DNA of 64,000 nt, from positions 67,244 to 131,243 of the forward strand of contig JAHCAG010000001.1 of NCBI GenBank assembly GCA_019635015.1, read 5' to 3'. Source of the DNA: Burkholderiales bacterium. GTDB taxonomy: Bacteria; Pseudomonadota; Gammaproteobacteria; Burkholderiales; SG8-41. Position numbers and translations under genes: made by a program. A model generated the notes under the pieces. It did not search any database. It had not been told where the DNA came from and worked only from the letters and a program-made list of their open reading frames with translations. Below are positions 1 through 11,238 of this stretch, in pieces (the first letter of the stretch is position 1; each line of letters starts with the position of its first letter).

Positions 1-2
1 TG

Positions 3-833
3 ACCACACTGCTGTGGGCGGACTTGAGCAACCGCTTTGTCTGGGTGGTGCTCTGCGTCACCGTCGGGTTCGGCGCGATCGGCTGGGTCGACGACTACCG
101 CAAGGTGGTGCACCGCAACCCGAAGGGCTTGTCGGCAAAAGCGAAATTTTTCTGGCAGTCGGTGATCGGCCTCGGCGCGGCGCTGTTCATCGCATACTCG
201 ACCAACCTGCCGGCGCAGACCGAGTTCATCGTGCCTTTTTTCAAGCAGGTCGCCTACCCGCTGGGCGCAATCGGTTTTGTCGTGATGACTTATTTCGTCA
301 TTGTCGGCACCAGCAACGCGGTGAATCTGACCGACGGGCTCGACGGCCTGGCGATCATGCCGACGGTGATGGTCGGCAGCGCGCTGGGCATCTTCGCCTA
401 CGTCGCCGGCAACGCGGTGTTCGCCAAATACCTCGGATTCCCGTTCATTCCCGGCGCCGGCGAACTGACCGTGATCTGCGGTGCGATAGCCGGCGCCGGG
501 CTCGCCTTCCTCTGGTTCAACGCCTATCCGGCGGAAGTGTTCATGGGCGATGTCGGCGCGCTGGCGCTGGGAGCCGCGCTCGGCACGATCGCGGTCATCG
601 TGCGCCAGGAGATCGTGCTTTTCATCATGGGCGGCGTGTTTGTTGTCGAGACGCTGTCGGTGATGCTGCAGGTGGCCTCGTTCAAGCTTACAGGCAGGCG
701 CATTTTCCGAATGGCGCCGCTGCACCACCATTACGAACTTAAAGGCTGGAAGGAAAACCAGGTCGTCGTTCGCTTCTGGATCATCACGATGATGCTGGTG
801 CTGATCGGATTGTCGACGCTGAAGCTGCGATGA
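3..833 (+). CDS. mraY: Phospho-N-acetylmuramoyl-pentapeptide transferase MraY (5' end cut by window edge)
   Basis: Frame open from the window edge to TGA 831-833. Motifs [16 protein letters not shown] and [12 protein letters not shown]. First gene of a canonical dcw order. Confidence 0.95.
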   Translation, partial: TTLLWADLSNRFVWVVLCVTVGFGAIGWVDDYRKVVHRNPKGLSAKAKFFWQSVIGLGAALFIAYSTNLPAQTEFIVPFFKQVAYPLGAIGFVVMTYFVIVGTSNAVNLTDGLDGLAIMPTVMVGSALGIFAYVAGNAVFAKYLGFPFIPGAGELTVICGAIAGAGLAFLWFNAYPAEVFMGDVGALALGAALGTIAVIVRQEIVLFIMGGVFVVETLSVMLQVASFKLTGRRIFRMAPLHHHYELKGWKENQVVVRFWIITMMLVLIGLSTLKLR

Positions 834-834
834 G

Positions 835-2313
835 ATGCCCATGCCGATGCCCGCAACAAGCCCTGCCAGCCACTGCCGCGACGCCGACAGCGCCGTGTTG
901 TTCCTGCGGCTGCGCCGCGATGGCACGGAGGTGCTGCTGATGCTTGATCTCGCGGGGGCCCGTGTTCTGGTCGTCGGTCTCGGCGACACCGGACTGTCGA
1001 TGGTGCGCTGGCTGCGACGGCAGGGTGCGGATGTCCGGGCCGCCGACACTCGCGCCGCGCCGCCCGCGGCAGAGGTCCTGCAGCGGGAATGCCCGGATCT
1101 GCGGCTGCGGCTCGGCGGCGTGCCCGGGGACGAGCTTGCGCATGCCGACATTATCGCCGTGAGTCCCGGCATCGATCGCCGCCGTGGCCCGATCGCGCAG
1201 GCCGCGGGACGCGGTGTGCCGGTGGTCGGCGACATTGAATTTTTTGCACAGGCGCTCGCCGCGCGCGGCGATGCGCCGCCGTTGGTGGCCATCACCGGTT
1301 CCAACGGCAAAAGCACGGTGACCGCGATGGCCGGGGAAATCTGCGGTGCCGCGGATTTGCGGCCGCTGGTCGCGGGCAACATCGGACTGCCGGTGCTGGA
1401 TGCCCTTGGCGGAATCGAGGGGGGTGCGGAGCCGCCGGCTGCGATCGTGCTCGAACTGTCGAGTTTCCAGCTGGAGAGCACGGCATCGCTGCGACCGCAG
1501 GCGGCGACGGTGCTTAACCTGTCGGAGGATCATCTCGACCGCTATGACGGCATGCCGGAGTACGCCGCGGCCAAGGCGCGCATTTTCGCCGGCACCGGGT
1601 TGCAGCTGCTGAACCGCGACGACGATTGGAGCCGCGGCATGGCAATGCCGGGCCGGCGTCAGGCAACTTTCGGCCTCGATGCGCCGCGCGCGGACGAGGA
1701 CTGGGGTCTCGGTGCTGCTGCGTCCACCCTGCGGCGCGGCAGCTTTGATCTGGCGGCGCTTGATGTCCTGAACGTCGCCGGACTGCACAACGCAGCCAAT
1801 GCGCTTGCGGCGGCGGCGCTGTGTCGTGCCATTGGTGTTGCCGATGCAGCCATAGTCGAGGGCTGGCAGCGATTTGAAGGGCTGCCGCACCGAGTAAAAA
1901 ATATCAATAAAATCAATAATATAAAGTTCTATGACGACTCCAAGGGCACCAATGTCGGGGCGACCGTCGCGGCATTGACCGGGTTGCGCGAGCCGGTGGT
2001 GCTGATCGCCGGCGGTGATGGCAAGGGCCAGGACTTTGCGCCGCTGGCCGCGGCTGCCCGCGGTCGTGCACGGACGATTGTGCTGATCGGGCGCGACGGG
2101 CCGCGCATTGCTGCCGCGATCGGCAGTGATGTGCCGCTGCAACAGGCCGGCGACATGGCGGAAGCGGTGGAACTCGCGTTCAGGGCCGCGCAGCCGGGAG
2201 ACGCCGTGCTGCTGTCCCCGGCCTGCGCGAGTTACGACATGTACCGCAATTACATCCACCGCGCCGAGGCATTTGCGGAGGCGGTATCGGCGCTGCAGCG
2301 GAGGTGCGCGTGA
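835..2313 (+). CDS. murD: UDP-N-acetylmuramoylalanine--D-glutamate ligase MurD
   Basis: Mur ligase motifs: [44 protein letters not shown] 835 lies 1 nt after the mraY stop. A conventional N-terminus ([15 protein letters not shown]) starts at the alternative ATG 940. Confidence 0.93.
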   Translation: MPMPMPATSPASHCRDADSAVLFLRLRRDGTEVLLMLDLAGARVLVVGLGDTGLSMVRWLRRQGADVRAADTRAAPPAAEVLQRECPDLRLRLGGVPGDELAHADIIAVSPGIDRRRGPIAQAAGRGVPVVGDIEFFAQALAARGDAPPLVAITGSNGKSTVTAMAGEICGAADLRPLVAGNIGLPVLDALGGIEGGAEPPAAIVLELSSFQLESTASLRPQAATVLNLSEDHLDRYDGMPEYAAAKARIFAGTGLQLLNRDDDWSRGMAMPGRRQATFGLDAPRADEDWGLGAAASTLRRGSFDLAALDVLNVAGLHNAANALAAAALCRAIGVADAAIVEGWQRFEGLPHRVKNINKINNIKFYDDSKGTNVGATVAALTGLREPVVLIAGGDGKGQDFAPLAAAARGRARTIVLIGRDGPRIAAAIGSDVPLQQAGDMAEAVELAFRAAQPGDAVLLSPACASYDMYRNYIHRAEAFAEAVSALQRRCA

Positions 2314-3476
2314 GCCAGTACTACGCCACAGTCAATCAGCGTGCGGCCGGCGACGAGTACGACGGCGCGCTGATCTGGGTGACGCTGCTGCTGCTCGGAT
2401 TCGGCATGGTCATGGTGTACTCGGCATCAATCGCGATCGCCGAGGCAAGCCGCAGCACCGGCAACAGCGCCGTCTATTACCTGACCCGGCATGCCGCCTA
2501 CATCCTGGTCAGCCTGGTGGCGGCCGCGATCATGTTCCAGGTGCCCTTGCGCGTCTGGCAGCGCGCCGCGCCGCTGCTGTTCGTGCTGGGCATGGTGCTG
2601 CTGATGCTGGTGCTGATTCCGGGCATTGGCCGCGAAGTCAACGGCAGCCGGCGCTGGCTGCCGCTGGGCATTGCCAACCTGCAGCCCTCGGAGCTGATGA
2701 AACTGTGCGCGGTGCTCTACGCGGCCGACTACACCGTGCGCAAGGCTGCATTCATGCACAGCCTGCGCAAGGGTTTCCTGCCGATGGCCGGCGTGATGCT
2801 GCTGACCGGGGGGCTGCTGCTGCGCGAGCCCGATTTCGGCGCCTTCGCGGTGATCACCGTGATCGCGATGGGCATCCTGTTCCTCGGCGGCATGAACTGG
2901 AAACTGTTCGCCGGGCTGATCGTCATGCTGCTGCTTGGCTTCCTGCTGCTGATCTGGACCAGTCCCTACCGCATGCAGCGGGTGATCGGCTTCATGGATC
3001 CCTGGGCTGATCCCTACGGCAAGGGTTACCAGCTGTCGCATGCGCTGATCGCCTTCGGCCGCGGCGAGTGGTTTGGCGTCGGACTCGGCGCCAGCGTGGA
3101 GAAACTGTTCTACCTGCCCGAGGCGCACACCGACTTCCTGCTGGCGGTGATTGCCGAGGAACTCGGCTTTGCCGGCGTGCTGGTGCTGATCGTGCTGTTC
3201 TCGTGGATCGTTGCGCGCGCCTTTGCCATCGGCCGCCGCGCCGCCGATCTTGACCGGCCGTATGCGGCGCTGGTGGCGCAGGGCATCGGCCTGTGGATCG
3301 GGGTCCAGGTGATCATCAACATGGGCGTCAACATGGGGGTGCTGCCGACCAAGGGGCTGACGCTGCCGCTGCTGTCCTTCGGCGGCAGTGCAATCCTCGC
3401 CACCTGCTGCGCGCTTGCCGTCCTGCTGCGCGTCGACTGGGAAAACCGGCAGCTTGCGCGGGGGTTCACGGTATGA
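2310..3476 (+). CDS. ftsW: SEDS-family peptidoglycan glycosyltransferase / lipid II flippase FtsW
   Basis: Polytopic membrane protein with the PLLSFGGSA motif. GTG 2310 follows GGAGG (2300-2304) by 5 nt and overlaps the murD TGA (GTGA). The track start GTG 2304 would sit on the SD. Confidence 0.9.
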   Translation: MSQYYATVNQRAAGDEYDGALIWVTLLLLGFGMVMVYSASIAIAEASRSTGNSAVYYLTRHAAYILVSLVAAAIMFQVPLRVWQRAAPLLFVLGMVLLMLVLIPGIGREVNGSRRWLPLGIANLQPSELMKLCAVLYAADYTVRKAAFMHSLRKGFLPMAGVMLLTGGLLLREPDFGAFAVITVIAMGILFLGGMNWKLFAGLIVMLLLGFLLLIWTSPYRMQRVIGFMDPWADPYGKGYQLSHALIAFGRGEWFGVGLGASVEKLFYLPEAHTDFLLAVIAEELGFAGVLVLIVLFSWIVARAFAIGRRAADLDRPYAALVAQGIGLWIGVQVIINMGVNMGVLPTKGLTLPLLSFGGSAILATCCALAVLLRVDWENRQLARGFTV

Positions 3477-4546
3477 ACCGGACCATCCTCGTCATGGCGG
3501 GCGGCACCGGCGGCCATATTTTTCCGGCGCTTGCCGTTGCCGACGTGCTGCGCGACCGCGGCTGGCGCGTGATCTGGCTTGGGGCGCGCGGCGGCATGGA
3601 AGAACGGCTGGTGCCGTCCCGCGGTTACCCGGCGGAATGGATCCGTTTCGGCGGCGTGCGCGGCAAGGGCTGGTTGCGCAAGCTGCTGTTGCCGGCAGCC
3701 CTGCTGGTCGCGTTCTGGCAAAGCGCGGCGGCATTATTCCGGCACCGGCCTGACGTGGTGCTCGGGATGGGCGGTTATGCGTCCTTCCCCGGCGGCATGA
3801 TGGCGGCGCTGTTTGGCCGGCCATTGCTGATCCACGAGCAGAATGCAGTTCCGGGACTGGCCAATCGCGTACTGGCGGGCGTGGCTGATCGCGTGCTTAC
3901 GGCTTTTCCCGATGCCTTTGAAGGGCGTGTCGACGTGATCTGGTCGGGCAATCCGGTGCGCGCCGACATCGTCAACCTGCCGCCGCCGGAAGCGCGCTTT
4001 GCCAATCGTGGCGGCCCCCTGCGGCTGCTGGTGATCGGCGGAAGCCTCGGTGCGAGAGCGCTGAACGAGACGGTGCCACAGGCACTCGCCCTGATGGCCG
4101 CAGGCGAACGCCCGCTGGTGGTGCACCAGTCGGGAGCAGCGCATGCAGAGCAGTTGCGTGCAAGTTACCGTTCGGCGGGCGTGGAGGCCGAGGTGCCGGC
4201 CTTTATCGATGACATGGCCGCCTGTTATGGCGAAGCCGATCTGCTGGTGTGCCGCGCCGGTGCCACCACGGTGACCGAACTGGCCGTTGCCGGCGTCGGC
4301 AGCATCCTCGTTCCTTTCCCGCATGCGGTGGACGATCACCAGACGCGCAACGCGCGTTACCTCGCGGATCGCGGGGCCGCGCTGCTGATGCCGCAAAAGG
4401 AGCTGACGCCGGGGGTGCTGGCCGATGTCCTGCGCGGGCTGACCCGGGAAAAACTGCTGGATATGGCGCGGGCTGCCCGCGCCGCCGGCAAGCCGGAGGC
4501 CGCAACCCGCGTGGCTGACTATTGCATGGAGCTGGCGCCGGCATGA
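3473..4546 (+). CDS. murG: UDP-GlcNAc:lipid I N-acetylglucosaminyltransferase MurG
   Basis: N-terminus [26 protein letters not shown] 3473 overlaps the ftsW stop (ATGA). Track ORF 3293 is an upstream in-frame extension inside ftsW. Confidence 0.93.
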   Translation: MNRTILVMAGGTGGHIFPALAVADVLRDRGWRVIWLGARGGMEERLVPSRGYPAEWIRFGGVRGKGWLRKLLLPAALLVAFWQSAAALFRHRPDVVLGMGGYASFPGGMMAALFGRPLLIHEQNAVPGLANRVLAGVADRVLTAFPDAFEGRVDVIWSGNPVRADIVNLPPPEARFANRGGPLRLLVIGGSLGARALNETVPQALALMAAGERPLVVHQSGAAHAEQLRASYRSAGVEAEVPAFIDDMAACYGEADLLVCRAGATTVTELAVAGVGSILVPFPHAVDDHQTRNARYLADRGAALLMPQKELTPGVLADVLRGLTREKLLDMARAARAAGKPEAATRVADYCMELAPA

Positions 4547-5937
4547 GACACAAGGTCCGCAACGTGCATTTTGTCGGCATTGGTGGCGCCGGGATGAGCG
4601 GCATTGCCGAAGTGCTGCTCAACCTCGGTTATGCGGTCAGCGGCTCCGATCTCAGCGAGGGCAGTGCCACACGGCGCCTTGCCGGCCTCGGCGCGCAGGT
4701 GCACATCGGCCATGAAGCGGCGCATGTCGCGGCCGCCGACGCGGTGGTGATCTCCAGCGCCGTGAAGCCGGACAATCCGGAGGTTGTCGCGGCGCGCGCG
4801 CGCCATGTGCCGGTGGTGCCGCGGGCGCTGATGCTGGCCGAGCTGATGCGGCTGAAACAGGGCATCGCGGTGGCCGGGACACACGGCAAGACCACCACCA
4901 CCAGCCTTGCGGCCAGCATTCTTGCCGAGGGCGGCCTTGACCCGACATTCGTGATCGGGGGGCGCCTCGAAAGCGCCGGCGCGCATGCCCGGCTCGGAGC
5001 GGGCGAGTTCATCGTCGCCGAGGCGGACGAATCCGACGCTTCCTTCCTGCACCTGCAGCCGGTGATTTCCGTGGTCACCAACATCGATGCCGACCACATG
5101 GAAACCTATGGCCACTCGCTGGACAGGCTGAAACAGGCATTCGTCGATTTTGTCGAGCGCCTGCCGTTTTACGGTGTCGCGGTGTTGTGCAATGACGATC
5201 CCAATGTGCGCTCGGTCATGCCGCGGCTGACGAGGACGCTGGTTACCTACGGCCTCGGCGAGGGTGCGCAGATCCGCGCGCGGTCGGTGACGGCCGATGC
5301 CGGACGCATGCGTTTCCGGGTGCAGCGCATGAACGGAAAACGCCTGCCCGATCTCGACATCGTGCTCAATCTGCCGGGCGTGCACAACGTGCAGAACGCG
5401 CTGGCGGCGATAGCGGTCGGCATGGAGGCAGGCGTTGCGGATGAAAAGATCGTCAAGGCGCTGGCTGATTTCAAGGGCGTGGGCCGGCGTTTCCAGCGTT
5501 TCGGCGCAATTGCGCTGGGCACCGGCAGCTATGACCTGATTGACGACTACGGCCATCACCCGGTGGAAATGGCGGCGACCATTGCCGCGGCACGCGGCGC
5601 ATTTCCCGGCCGCCGGCTGGTGCTTGCGTTCCAGCCGCATCGTTATACCCGCACCCGCGATTGTTTCGAGGATTTTGTGCGCGTGCTGTCGAGCGTGGAT
5701 GCGCTGCTGCTCACCGAAGTCTATCCGGCGGGCGAGGCGCCGGTCGTGGCCGCCGACGGCCGGGCGCTGGCGCGCGCAGTGCGGGTGCTGGGGAAGGTGG
5801 AGCCGGTGTTCGTGGAGCAGGTTGCGGAACTGCCGGCGGCGATTGACCGGGCGGTGCGTGACGGCGACGTGGTGCTGGTCATGGGGGCCGGTTCGATCGG
5901 CATGGTCGCTGCGCGGCTGGCGAAGGCGGGGGCGTGA
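4543..5937 (+). CDS. murC: UDP-N-acetylmuramate--L-alanine ligase MurC
   Basis: Motifs [18 protein letters not shown] and [13 protein letters not shown] 4543 overlaps the murG stop (ATGA). Confidence 0.94.
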   Translation: MRHKVRNVHFVGIGGAGMSGIAEVLLNLGYAVSGSDLSEGSATRRLAGLGAQVHIGHEAAHVAAADAVVISSAVKPDNPEVVAARARHVPVVPRALMLAELMRLKQGIAVAGTHGKTTTTSLAASILAEGGLDPTFVIGGRLESAGAHARLGAGEFIVAEADESDASFLHLQPVISVVTNIDADHMETYGHSLDRLKQAFVDFVERLPFYGVAVLCNDDPNVRSVMPRLTRTLVTYGLGEGAQIRARSVTADAGRMRFRVQRMNGKRLPDLDIVLNLPGVHNVQNALAAIAVGMEAGVADEKIVKALADFKGVGRRFQRFGAIALGTGSYDLIDDYGHHPVEMAATIAAARGAFPGRRLVLAFQPHRYTRTRDCFEDFVRVLSSVDALLLTEVYPAGEAPVVAADGRALARAVRVLGKVEPVFVEQVAELPAAIDRAVRDGDVVLVMGAGSIGMVAARLAKAGA

Positions 5938-6941
5938 GCGGAAATGATGCCCCGGGACAACGGAACGACATGGACATGAGCGAACAGGCGGCAATCGGCC
6001 GCAGCGGATTGCGCGGCGAGCTGCGGCACGACGAGCCGATGGCAAGGCACGTCAGCTGGCGCGCCGGCGGTTGCGCGCGCCGCAGTTATTCGCCCGCGGA
6101 TCTGGCCGACATGGCCGCGTTCCTGCGCAGCCTGCCCGGAGACGAGCCGGTCTGCGTGGTCGGGCTGGGCAGCAACCTGCTGGTGCGTGACGGCGGTTTC
6201 GGCGGCACCGTCATTTTCACGCACTGGGCGCTGCGCGGGCTGCAGTTGACGCGCAACCTGGACGGTGGCGGTGAAATCCGCGCGCAGGCCGGCGTGGCGG
6301 GCCCGAAAGTGGCGCGCGTGGCGGCGCTGAACAATCTCGCCGGCGCCGAGTTTCTCGCGGGCATTCCCGGCACGGTCGGCGGCGCCCTGGCGATGAATGC
6401 GGGCTGTTACGGCGGCGAAACCTGGAGCATCGTGGCCGGCGTTGAAACGGTTGACCGGCACGGCACCTTGCGCCAGCGCACGCCGGCCCATTACACCATC
6501 GCTTATCGCAGCGTCGAACGACGCTGCCGGCAGATATCGCAGGTGCCTGCCGCGGCACAGGGCACCGACCACACCGAGGAGTGGTTTGTGTCGGCGACTT
6601 TTTCGCTGCCGCCGGGCGACGGGGCGCGGTCGCGGGCGAGGATCAAGGAGTTGCTGTCGCAAAGGATTGCTACGCAGCCGCTGGGGGAGCCGAACGCCGG
6701 ATCGGTGTTCCGCAATCCGCCCGGGGACCACGCCGCACGACTGATCGAGGCTTGCGGCCTCAAGGGGAGAAGCATCGGCGGGGCGGCGATCTCGGCAAAA
6801 CACGCCAATTTCATCGTCAACACCGGCAGCGCGACGGCAGCCGACATCGAGGCCCTGATTGCCGAGGCGCAGCAGGCGGTGGTCCGGCAGTTCGGCATCC
6901 GGCTCGAGCAGGAGGTGCGCGTGATCGGGGAACCGGCATGA
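5934..6941 (+). CDS. murB: UDP-N-acetylenolpyruvoylglucosamine reductase MurB
   Basis: FAD-binding-domain motifs [12 protein letters not shown] and [21 protein letters not shown] 5934 overlaps the murC stop (GTGA). Confidence 0.9.
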   Translation: MSGNDAPGQRNDMDMSEQAAIGRSGLRGELRHDEPMARHVSWRAGGCARRSYSPADLADMAAFLRSLPGDEPVCVVGLGSNLLVRDGGFGGTVIFTHWALRGLQLTRNLDGGGEIRAQAGVAGPKVARVAALNNLAGAEFLAGIPGTVGGALAMNAGCYGGETWSIVAGVETVDRHGTLRQRTPAHYTIAYRSVERRCRQISQVPAAAQGTDHTEEWFVSATFSLPPGDGARSRARIKELLSQRIATQPLGEPNAGSVFRNPPGDHAARLIEACGLKGRSIGGAAISAKHANFIVNTGSATAADIEALIAEAQQAVVRQFGIRLEQEVRVIGEPA

Positions 6942-7849
6942 ACGCATACGGGAAAATTGCGGTGCTGTTCGGCGGTCGCAGCGCGGAGCGCGAGATTTCC
7001 CTGATGAGCGGCCGCAATGTGCTCGAGGCCCTGCGCGGCGCCGGCCTGGATGCCCACGGTTTTGATCCGGCCGAACGGGAGGTTCTGGACCTGAAGCGCG
7101 ACGGTTATTCCCGCGCGTTCATTGCGCTGCATGGCCGTTACGGCGAAGACGGCACGGTGCAGGGGGCCCTGGAGCTGATGGGCATTCCCTACACCGGCAG
7201 CGGCGTGATGGCCTCCGCGCTGTCGATGGACAAGGTGCGCACGAAGATGGTGTGGGCCTCGGCGGGCATCCCGACGCCGCGTTTCGAGGTCGTCGATGCC
7301 GGCAGCGACTGGGCGGGTGTGGCGCGGCGCCTGGGTTTACCGCTGATCATCAAGCCGGCGCGTGAAGGTTCGACCATCGGCCTGACCAAGGTGACTGATG
7401 CCGCCGGGTTGCCCCAAGCTTACGCACTGGCCGCGCGTCACGATGCACTGGTGATGGCGGAGGAATTCATCGAAGGCAGCGAGTTGACCGCCGGTTTCCT
7501 CGGGGACCAGGCCCTGCCGCTGATCCGCATCGAGGCGCCGCAGGGAAATTACGACTACCAGAACAAGTATTTCAGCGACGAAACGAAATACCACTGCCCC
7601 TGCGGGCTGCCCGAGGCGGAAGAACTGCGCATCCGCGAGCAGGTGATGCACAGCGCGCGGGCCCTTGGCTGCGCCGGCTGGGGGCGTGCCGACCTGATCC
7701 GCCGGGCGGATGGCAGCGTGCAGTTCCTCGAGATGAACACCTCTCCCGGCATGACCGGGCACAGCCTGGTGCCGATGGCGGCACGCCAGGCCGGGCTGTC
7801 CTTCGAAGCTCTTGTACTGCGCATCCTGGAGCTTGCCCATGTGGGATAA
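6938..7849 (+). CDS. ddl: D-alanine--D-alanine ligase
   Basis: Motifs [20 protein letters not shown] and [14 protein letters not shown] 6938 overlaps the murB stop (ATGA). Confidence 0.94.
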   Translation: MNAYGKIAVLFGGRSAEREISLMSGRNVLEALRGAGLDAHGFDPAEREVLDLKRDGYSRAFIALHGRYGEDGTVQGALELMGIPYTGSGVMASALSMDKVRTKMVWASAGIPTPRFEVVDAGSDWAGVARRLGLPLIIKPAREGSTIGLTKVTDAAGLPQAYALAARHDALVMAEEFIEGSELTAGFLGDQALPLIRIEAPQGNYDYQNKYFSDETKYHCPCGLPEAEELRIREQVMHSARALGCAGWGRADLIRRADGSVQFLEMNTSPGMTGHSLVPMAARQAGLSFEALVLRILELAHVG

Positions 7850-8576
7850 GCCCGCCGTGCTGAACTTGATCGCCGACCTGCTCTTCGTCGCGACGCTGCT
7901 CGCCCTGCTCTACGGCGGCGTGTCCCACGCGGTGAAGCAGCCGGTGTTCTCGATCACGCAGGTGCGCGTGGTGACACCGGTTGTCCATGTCACCCGCCAG
8001 CAGGTCGAGGAGATCGTCCGCAGCGAGGTCAGCGGAACACTGTTCACCCTGCGCCTGGACAAGGCGCGCGAGGCTTTCGAAAAACTGCCCTGGGTGCGCA
8101 GCGCCAATGTGCGCCGGCAGTGGCCGGGCGTGCTGGAGGTGGCATTGACCGAGCATGTGCCCCTGGCACGCTGGGGGCGCGATGCGCTGGTCAATGTGCA
8201 GGGCGAGGTTTTTGCGGCGGCTTTTGACGGAAACCTTCCGGTATTCAACGGGCCGCCGGGGGCTGCCAAGGAAATGACCATCCAGTACCACCATTTCCGC
8301 CGCAGCCTCGAGGACATCGGCAGGACGCCCGGAGAAATCAACGTGTCGCCGCGGCGCGCCTGGCAGCTGAGGCTCGATGACGGCATGACGCTGGATCTCG
8401 GCAGGGAACAGGTTGAACAGCGCCTGCGCCGTTTTGTTGCCGTCTATCCGAGGACGATTGCGCGCATGACCCGCCCGGTGGACCGGGTTGATCTGCGTTA
8501 TGCCAACGGGTTTGCGGCGCGGGTGCCGGGATTGCCGGCGATTGCCGACGATGTCCGGCACAAGAGCGGCGCTTAG
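7839..8576 (+). CDS. ftsQ: Cell division protein FtsQ
   Basis: Short cytoplasmic tail plus one TM ([21 protein letters not shown]), then a POTRA-like region. Sits between ddl and ftsA. ATG 7839 overlaps the ddl end by 11 nt. Confidence 0.85.
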   Translation: MWDKPAVLNLIADLLFVATLLALLYGGVSHAVKQPVFSITQVRVVTPVVHVTRQQVEEIVRSEVSGTLFTLRLDKAREAFEKLPWVRSANVRRQWPGVLEVALTEHVPLARWGRDALVNVQGEVFAAAFDGNLPVFNGPPGAAKEMTIQYHHFRRSLEDIGRTPGEINVSPRRAWQLRLDDGMTLDLGREQVEQRLRRFVAVYPRTIARMTRPVDRVDLRYANGFAARVPGLPAIADDVRHKSGA

Positions 8577-8591
8577 GGTCATGCACAGGGA

Positions 8592-9842
8592 ATGACAGGA
8601 CAGATGAACAAGGCCAGGGAAAACAAGAAGATCGTGGTGGGGCTGGACATCGGCACGTCGAAGATCGTCGCCATCGTCGCCGAACTGAAGCCCGAGGGCG
8701 GCTTCGAGATCATCGGCATGGGCAGCCATCCCTCGCGCGGGCTGAAAAAGGGCGTGGTGGTTAACATCGAAACCACCGTCAATGCCATCCAGCGTGCGCT
8801 GGAAGAGGCCGAGTTGATGGCCGATTGCAAGATCCGCGAGGTTTACACCGGCATCGCCGGCAACCATATCAAGAGCTTCAATTCCCAGGGCATGGTCGCG
8901 ATCAAGGACAAGGAGGTGTCGCAGCAGGACATCGACCGGGTGATTGAAACCGCGAAGGCGGTGCAGATTCCCAATGACCAGCAGATTCTGCACGTGCTCA
9001 ACCAGGAGTTCATCATCGATGGCCAGGAAGACGTGCGCGAGCCGCTCGGGATGTCGGGGGTGCGCCTGGAAGTCAAGGTGCATATCGTCACCGGCGCGGT
9101 GTCGTCGGCGCAGAACATCATCAAGTGCGTGCGCCGCTGCGGCCTCGAAGTCAACGACCTGATCCTGCAGCCGCTGGCCTCTTCGGTCGCGGTGCTGTCC
9201 GACGACGAGAAAGATCTCGGGGTCTGCCTGGTCGACATCGGCGGCGGAACCACCGACATGGCCGTGTTCACCCACGGTGCGATCCGCCATACCGCGGTGA
9301 TTCCGATCGCCGGCGACCAGATCACCAACGATATCGCGATGGCGCTGCGCACGCCGACCAAGGATGCGGAAGACATCAAGCAGCGCTACGGCTGCGCGCT
9401 GTCGCAGCTCGCCGACCCCCAGGAAATGGTGGATGTGCCCGGGGTCGGCGACCGCGGCACCCGCCAGCTGTCGCGCAAGACGCTGGCCGAGGTCATAGAG
9501 CCGCGTGTCGAGGAGCTGTACTCGCTGGTGCAGTCTGAGTTGCGCCGCAGCGGTTACGAGGAATTGCTGTCCTCCGGCGTGGTGCTGACCGGGGGGTCGA
9601 GCGCGATGCAGGGCATGGTCGAGCTGGGAGAGGAGATTTTTCACATGCCGGTGCGCATCGGCATGCCGCAGTACGCAGGCGGGCTGTCCGAGGTCGTGCG
9701 CAGCACGCGTTATGCGACAGGGGTCGGCCTGCTGATCGCGGGCGCCGACGAGCACCGCCAGCGCGACGCAGCACGCATGCATGTCAGCAGCCTCCAGCAG
9801 GTGCTGGAGCGGATGAAAAACTGGTTTACGGGGAATTTCTAG
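8592..9842 (+). CDS. ftsA: Cell division protein FtsA
   Basis: Actin-fold motifs VGLDIGTSKIVAIV and DIGGGTTDMAVF. Position between ftsQ and ftsZ. Confidence 0.95.
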   Translation: MTGQMNKARENKKIVVGLDIGTSKIVAIVAELKPEGGFEIIGMGSHPSRGLKKGVVVNIETTVNAIQRALEEAELMADCKIREVYTGIAGNHIKSFNSQGMVAIKDKEVSQQDIDRVIETAKAVQIPNDQQILHVLNQEFIIDGQEDVREPLGMSGVRLEVKVHIVTGAVSSAQNIIKCVRRCGLEVNDLILQPLASSVAVLSDDEKDLGVCLVDIGGGTTDMAVFTHGAIRHTAVIPIAGDQITNDIAMALRTPTKDAEDIKQRYGCALSQLADPQEMVDVPGVGDRGTRQLSRKTLAEVIEPRVEELYSLVQSELRRSGYEELLSSGVVLTGGSSAMQGMVELGEEIFHMPVRIGMPQYAGGLSEVVRSTRYATGVGLLIAGADEHRQRDAARMHVSSLQQVLERMKNWFTGNF

Positions 9843-9929
9843 TGCGGGAAATGCAAGGCATTCGGTTTGCTGGTTTCGGTATCGCGGGACTTTTCAACAT
9901 TACTACGTTTGCGGAAAAAGGAGACTCAC

Positions 9930-11090
9930 ATGATTGAACTGATTGATGCACAGGCGCAGGAAGCGGTAATCAAGGTGATCGGTGTCGGAGGTTGCGGCGG
10001 CAATGCGGTGGATCACATGATCGTCCAGGGCGTGCAGGGCGTGGAATTCATCTGCGCCAACACCGACGCCCAGGCGCTCAAGCGCAATCAGGCGAAAACG
10101 CAGCTGCAGCTTGGCGGCGAAATCACCAAGGGACTTGGCGCGGGTGCCAACCCGGAGGTTGGCCGCCAGGCCGCTCTTGAGGACCGTGAACGCATAGCCG
10201 AGATGATTTCCGGTGCGGACATGCTGTTCCTGACCGCAGGCATGGGCGGCGGTACCGGTACCGGCGCTGCGCCGGTGGTTGCCGAAATCGCCAAGGAACT
10301 CGGCATCCTGACGGTGGCCGTGGTGACCAAGCCGTTCGCGTTCGAGGGCAAGCGTCAGCGCATCGCGCAGGAAGGACTCGATGCGCTGGCCCAGCATGTC
10401 GATTCGCTGATCGTGATTCCCAACGACAAGCTGATGCAGGTGCTGGGCAATTCGATCACCCTCGACGAAGCGTTCCGCGCGGCCAACGACGTGCTGCACG
10501 GGGCGGTTGCCGGCATTGCCGAAATCATCAGCTGCCCGGGCATGATCAACGTCGACTTTGCCGACGTGCGCACGGTGATGGGTGAAATGGGCATGGCGAT
10601 GATGGGATCCGCCAAGGCGGCCGGCATCGGCCGCGCCCGCGAGGCCGCGGAGCAGGCGGTGGCCTGTCCGCTGCTGGAGGACATCAACATTTCGGACGCA
10701 CGCGGCGTGCTGGTGAATATCTCGGCCAGCAAGGCAACCTTTCAGCTGCAGGAAATGTACGATGTCATGGAAACCATCAAGGCCTTTGCCGCCGACTCGG
10801 CGACCGTCATCGTCGGCACGGTGTATGACGACAGCCTTGAGGACGGCCTGCGGGTGACCATCGTGGCCACCGGCCTGGGCAAACCGATGGCCCGGCAGCA
10901 GCCCAAGCCGATGATCGTGGTGTCGCAGAAGACCGGCACCGACAACATGGCGATGGACGTCGATTACGGCGCACTGGAACAGCCTGCCGTGATCCGCCGC
11001 CGCAACCGCGATGCGACGGTGGAGGCGATGCGGCAATCCGGTGTGGAGATGCTCGACATTCCGGCATTCCTGCGCAAGCAGGCGGACTGA
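9930..11090 (+). CDS. ftsZ: Cell division GTPase FtsZ
   Basis: Motifs GVGGCGGNAV and GMGGGTGTGAAPV, with C-terminal DIPAFLRKQAD. ATG 9930 lies 7 nt after AAAGGAG (9916-9922). Confidence 0.97.
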   Translation: MIELIDAQAQEAVIKVIGVGGCGGNAVDHMIVQGVQGVEFICANTDAQALKRNQAKTQLQLGGEITKGLGAGANPEVGRQAALEDRERIAEMISGADMLFLTAGMGGGTGTGAAPVVAEIAKELGILTVAVVTKPFAFEGKRQRIAQEGLDALAQHVDSLIVIPNDKLMQVLGNSITLDEAFRAANDVLHGAVAGIAEIISCPGMINVDFADVRTVMGEMGMAMMGSAKAAGIGRAREAAEQAVACPLLEDINISDARGVLVNISASKATFQLQEMYDVMETIKAFAADSATVIVGTVYDDSLEDGLRVTIVATGLGKPMARQQPKPMIVVSQKTGTDNMAMDVDYGALEQPAVIRRRNRDATVEAMRQSGVEMLDIPAFLRKQAD

Positions 11091-11141
11091 TCGCGGGACG
11101 CGGCGGGAAATGCGGGCGCTGCCGGCGGGCGGGCCGTTCAT

Positions 11142-11166
11142 CCGGCACCCGAGGGCCGGTTTTGTT
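11142..11166 (+). terminator. Weak intrinsic terminator candidate after ftsZ
   Basis: CCGGC (11142-46) pairs with GCCGG (11155-59) around an 8-nt loop, followed by TTTTGTT. Confidence 0.3.
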
Positions 11167-11238
11167 GCAGTGCCGCAGCATGATAAAATCCGGCCCTGAC
11201 GCCCCGCAAAGCGGGGGCAAGGGATAAGCTTCGTTACG

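Noticed and set aside
784-2259. 491-aa minus-strand ORF antisense to murD
   Set aside because: The plus strand carries unmistakable MurD motifs. The antisense product is Arg/Ala/Gly-rich with no recognisable motif, which is typical of a shadow ORF in high-GC DNA.
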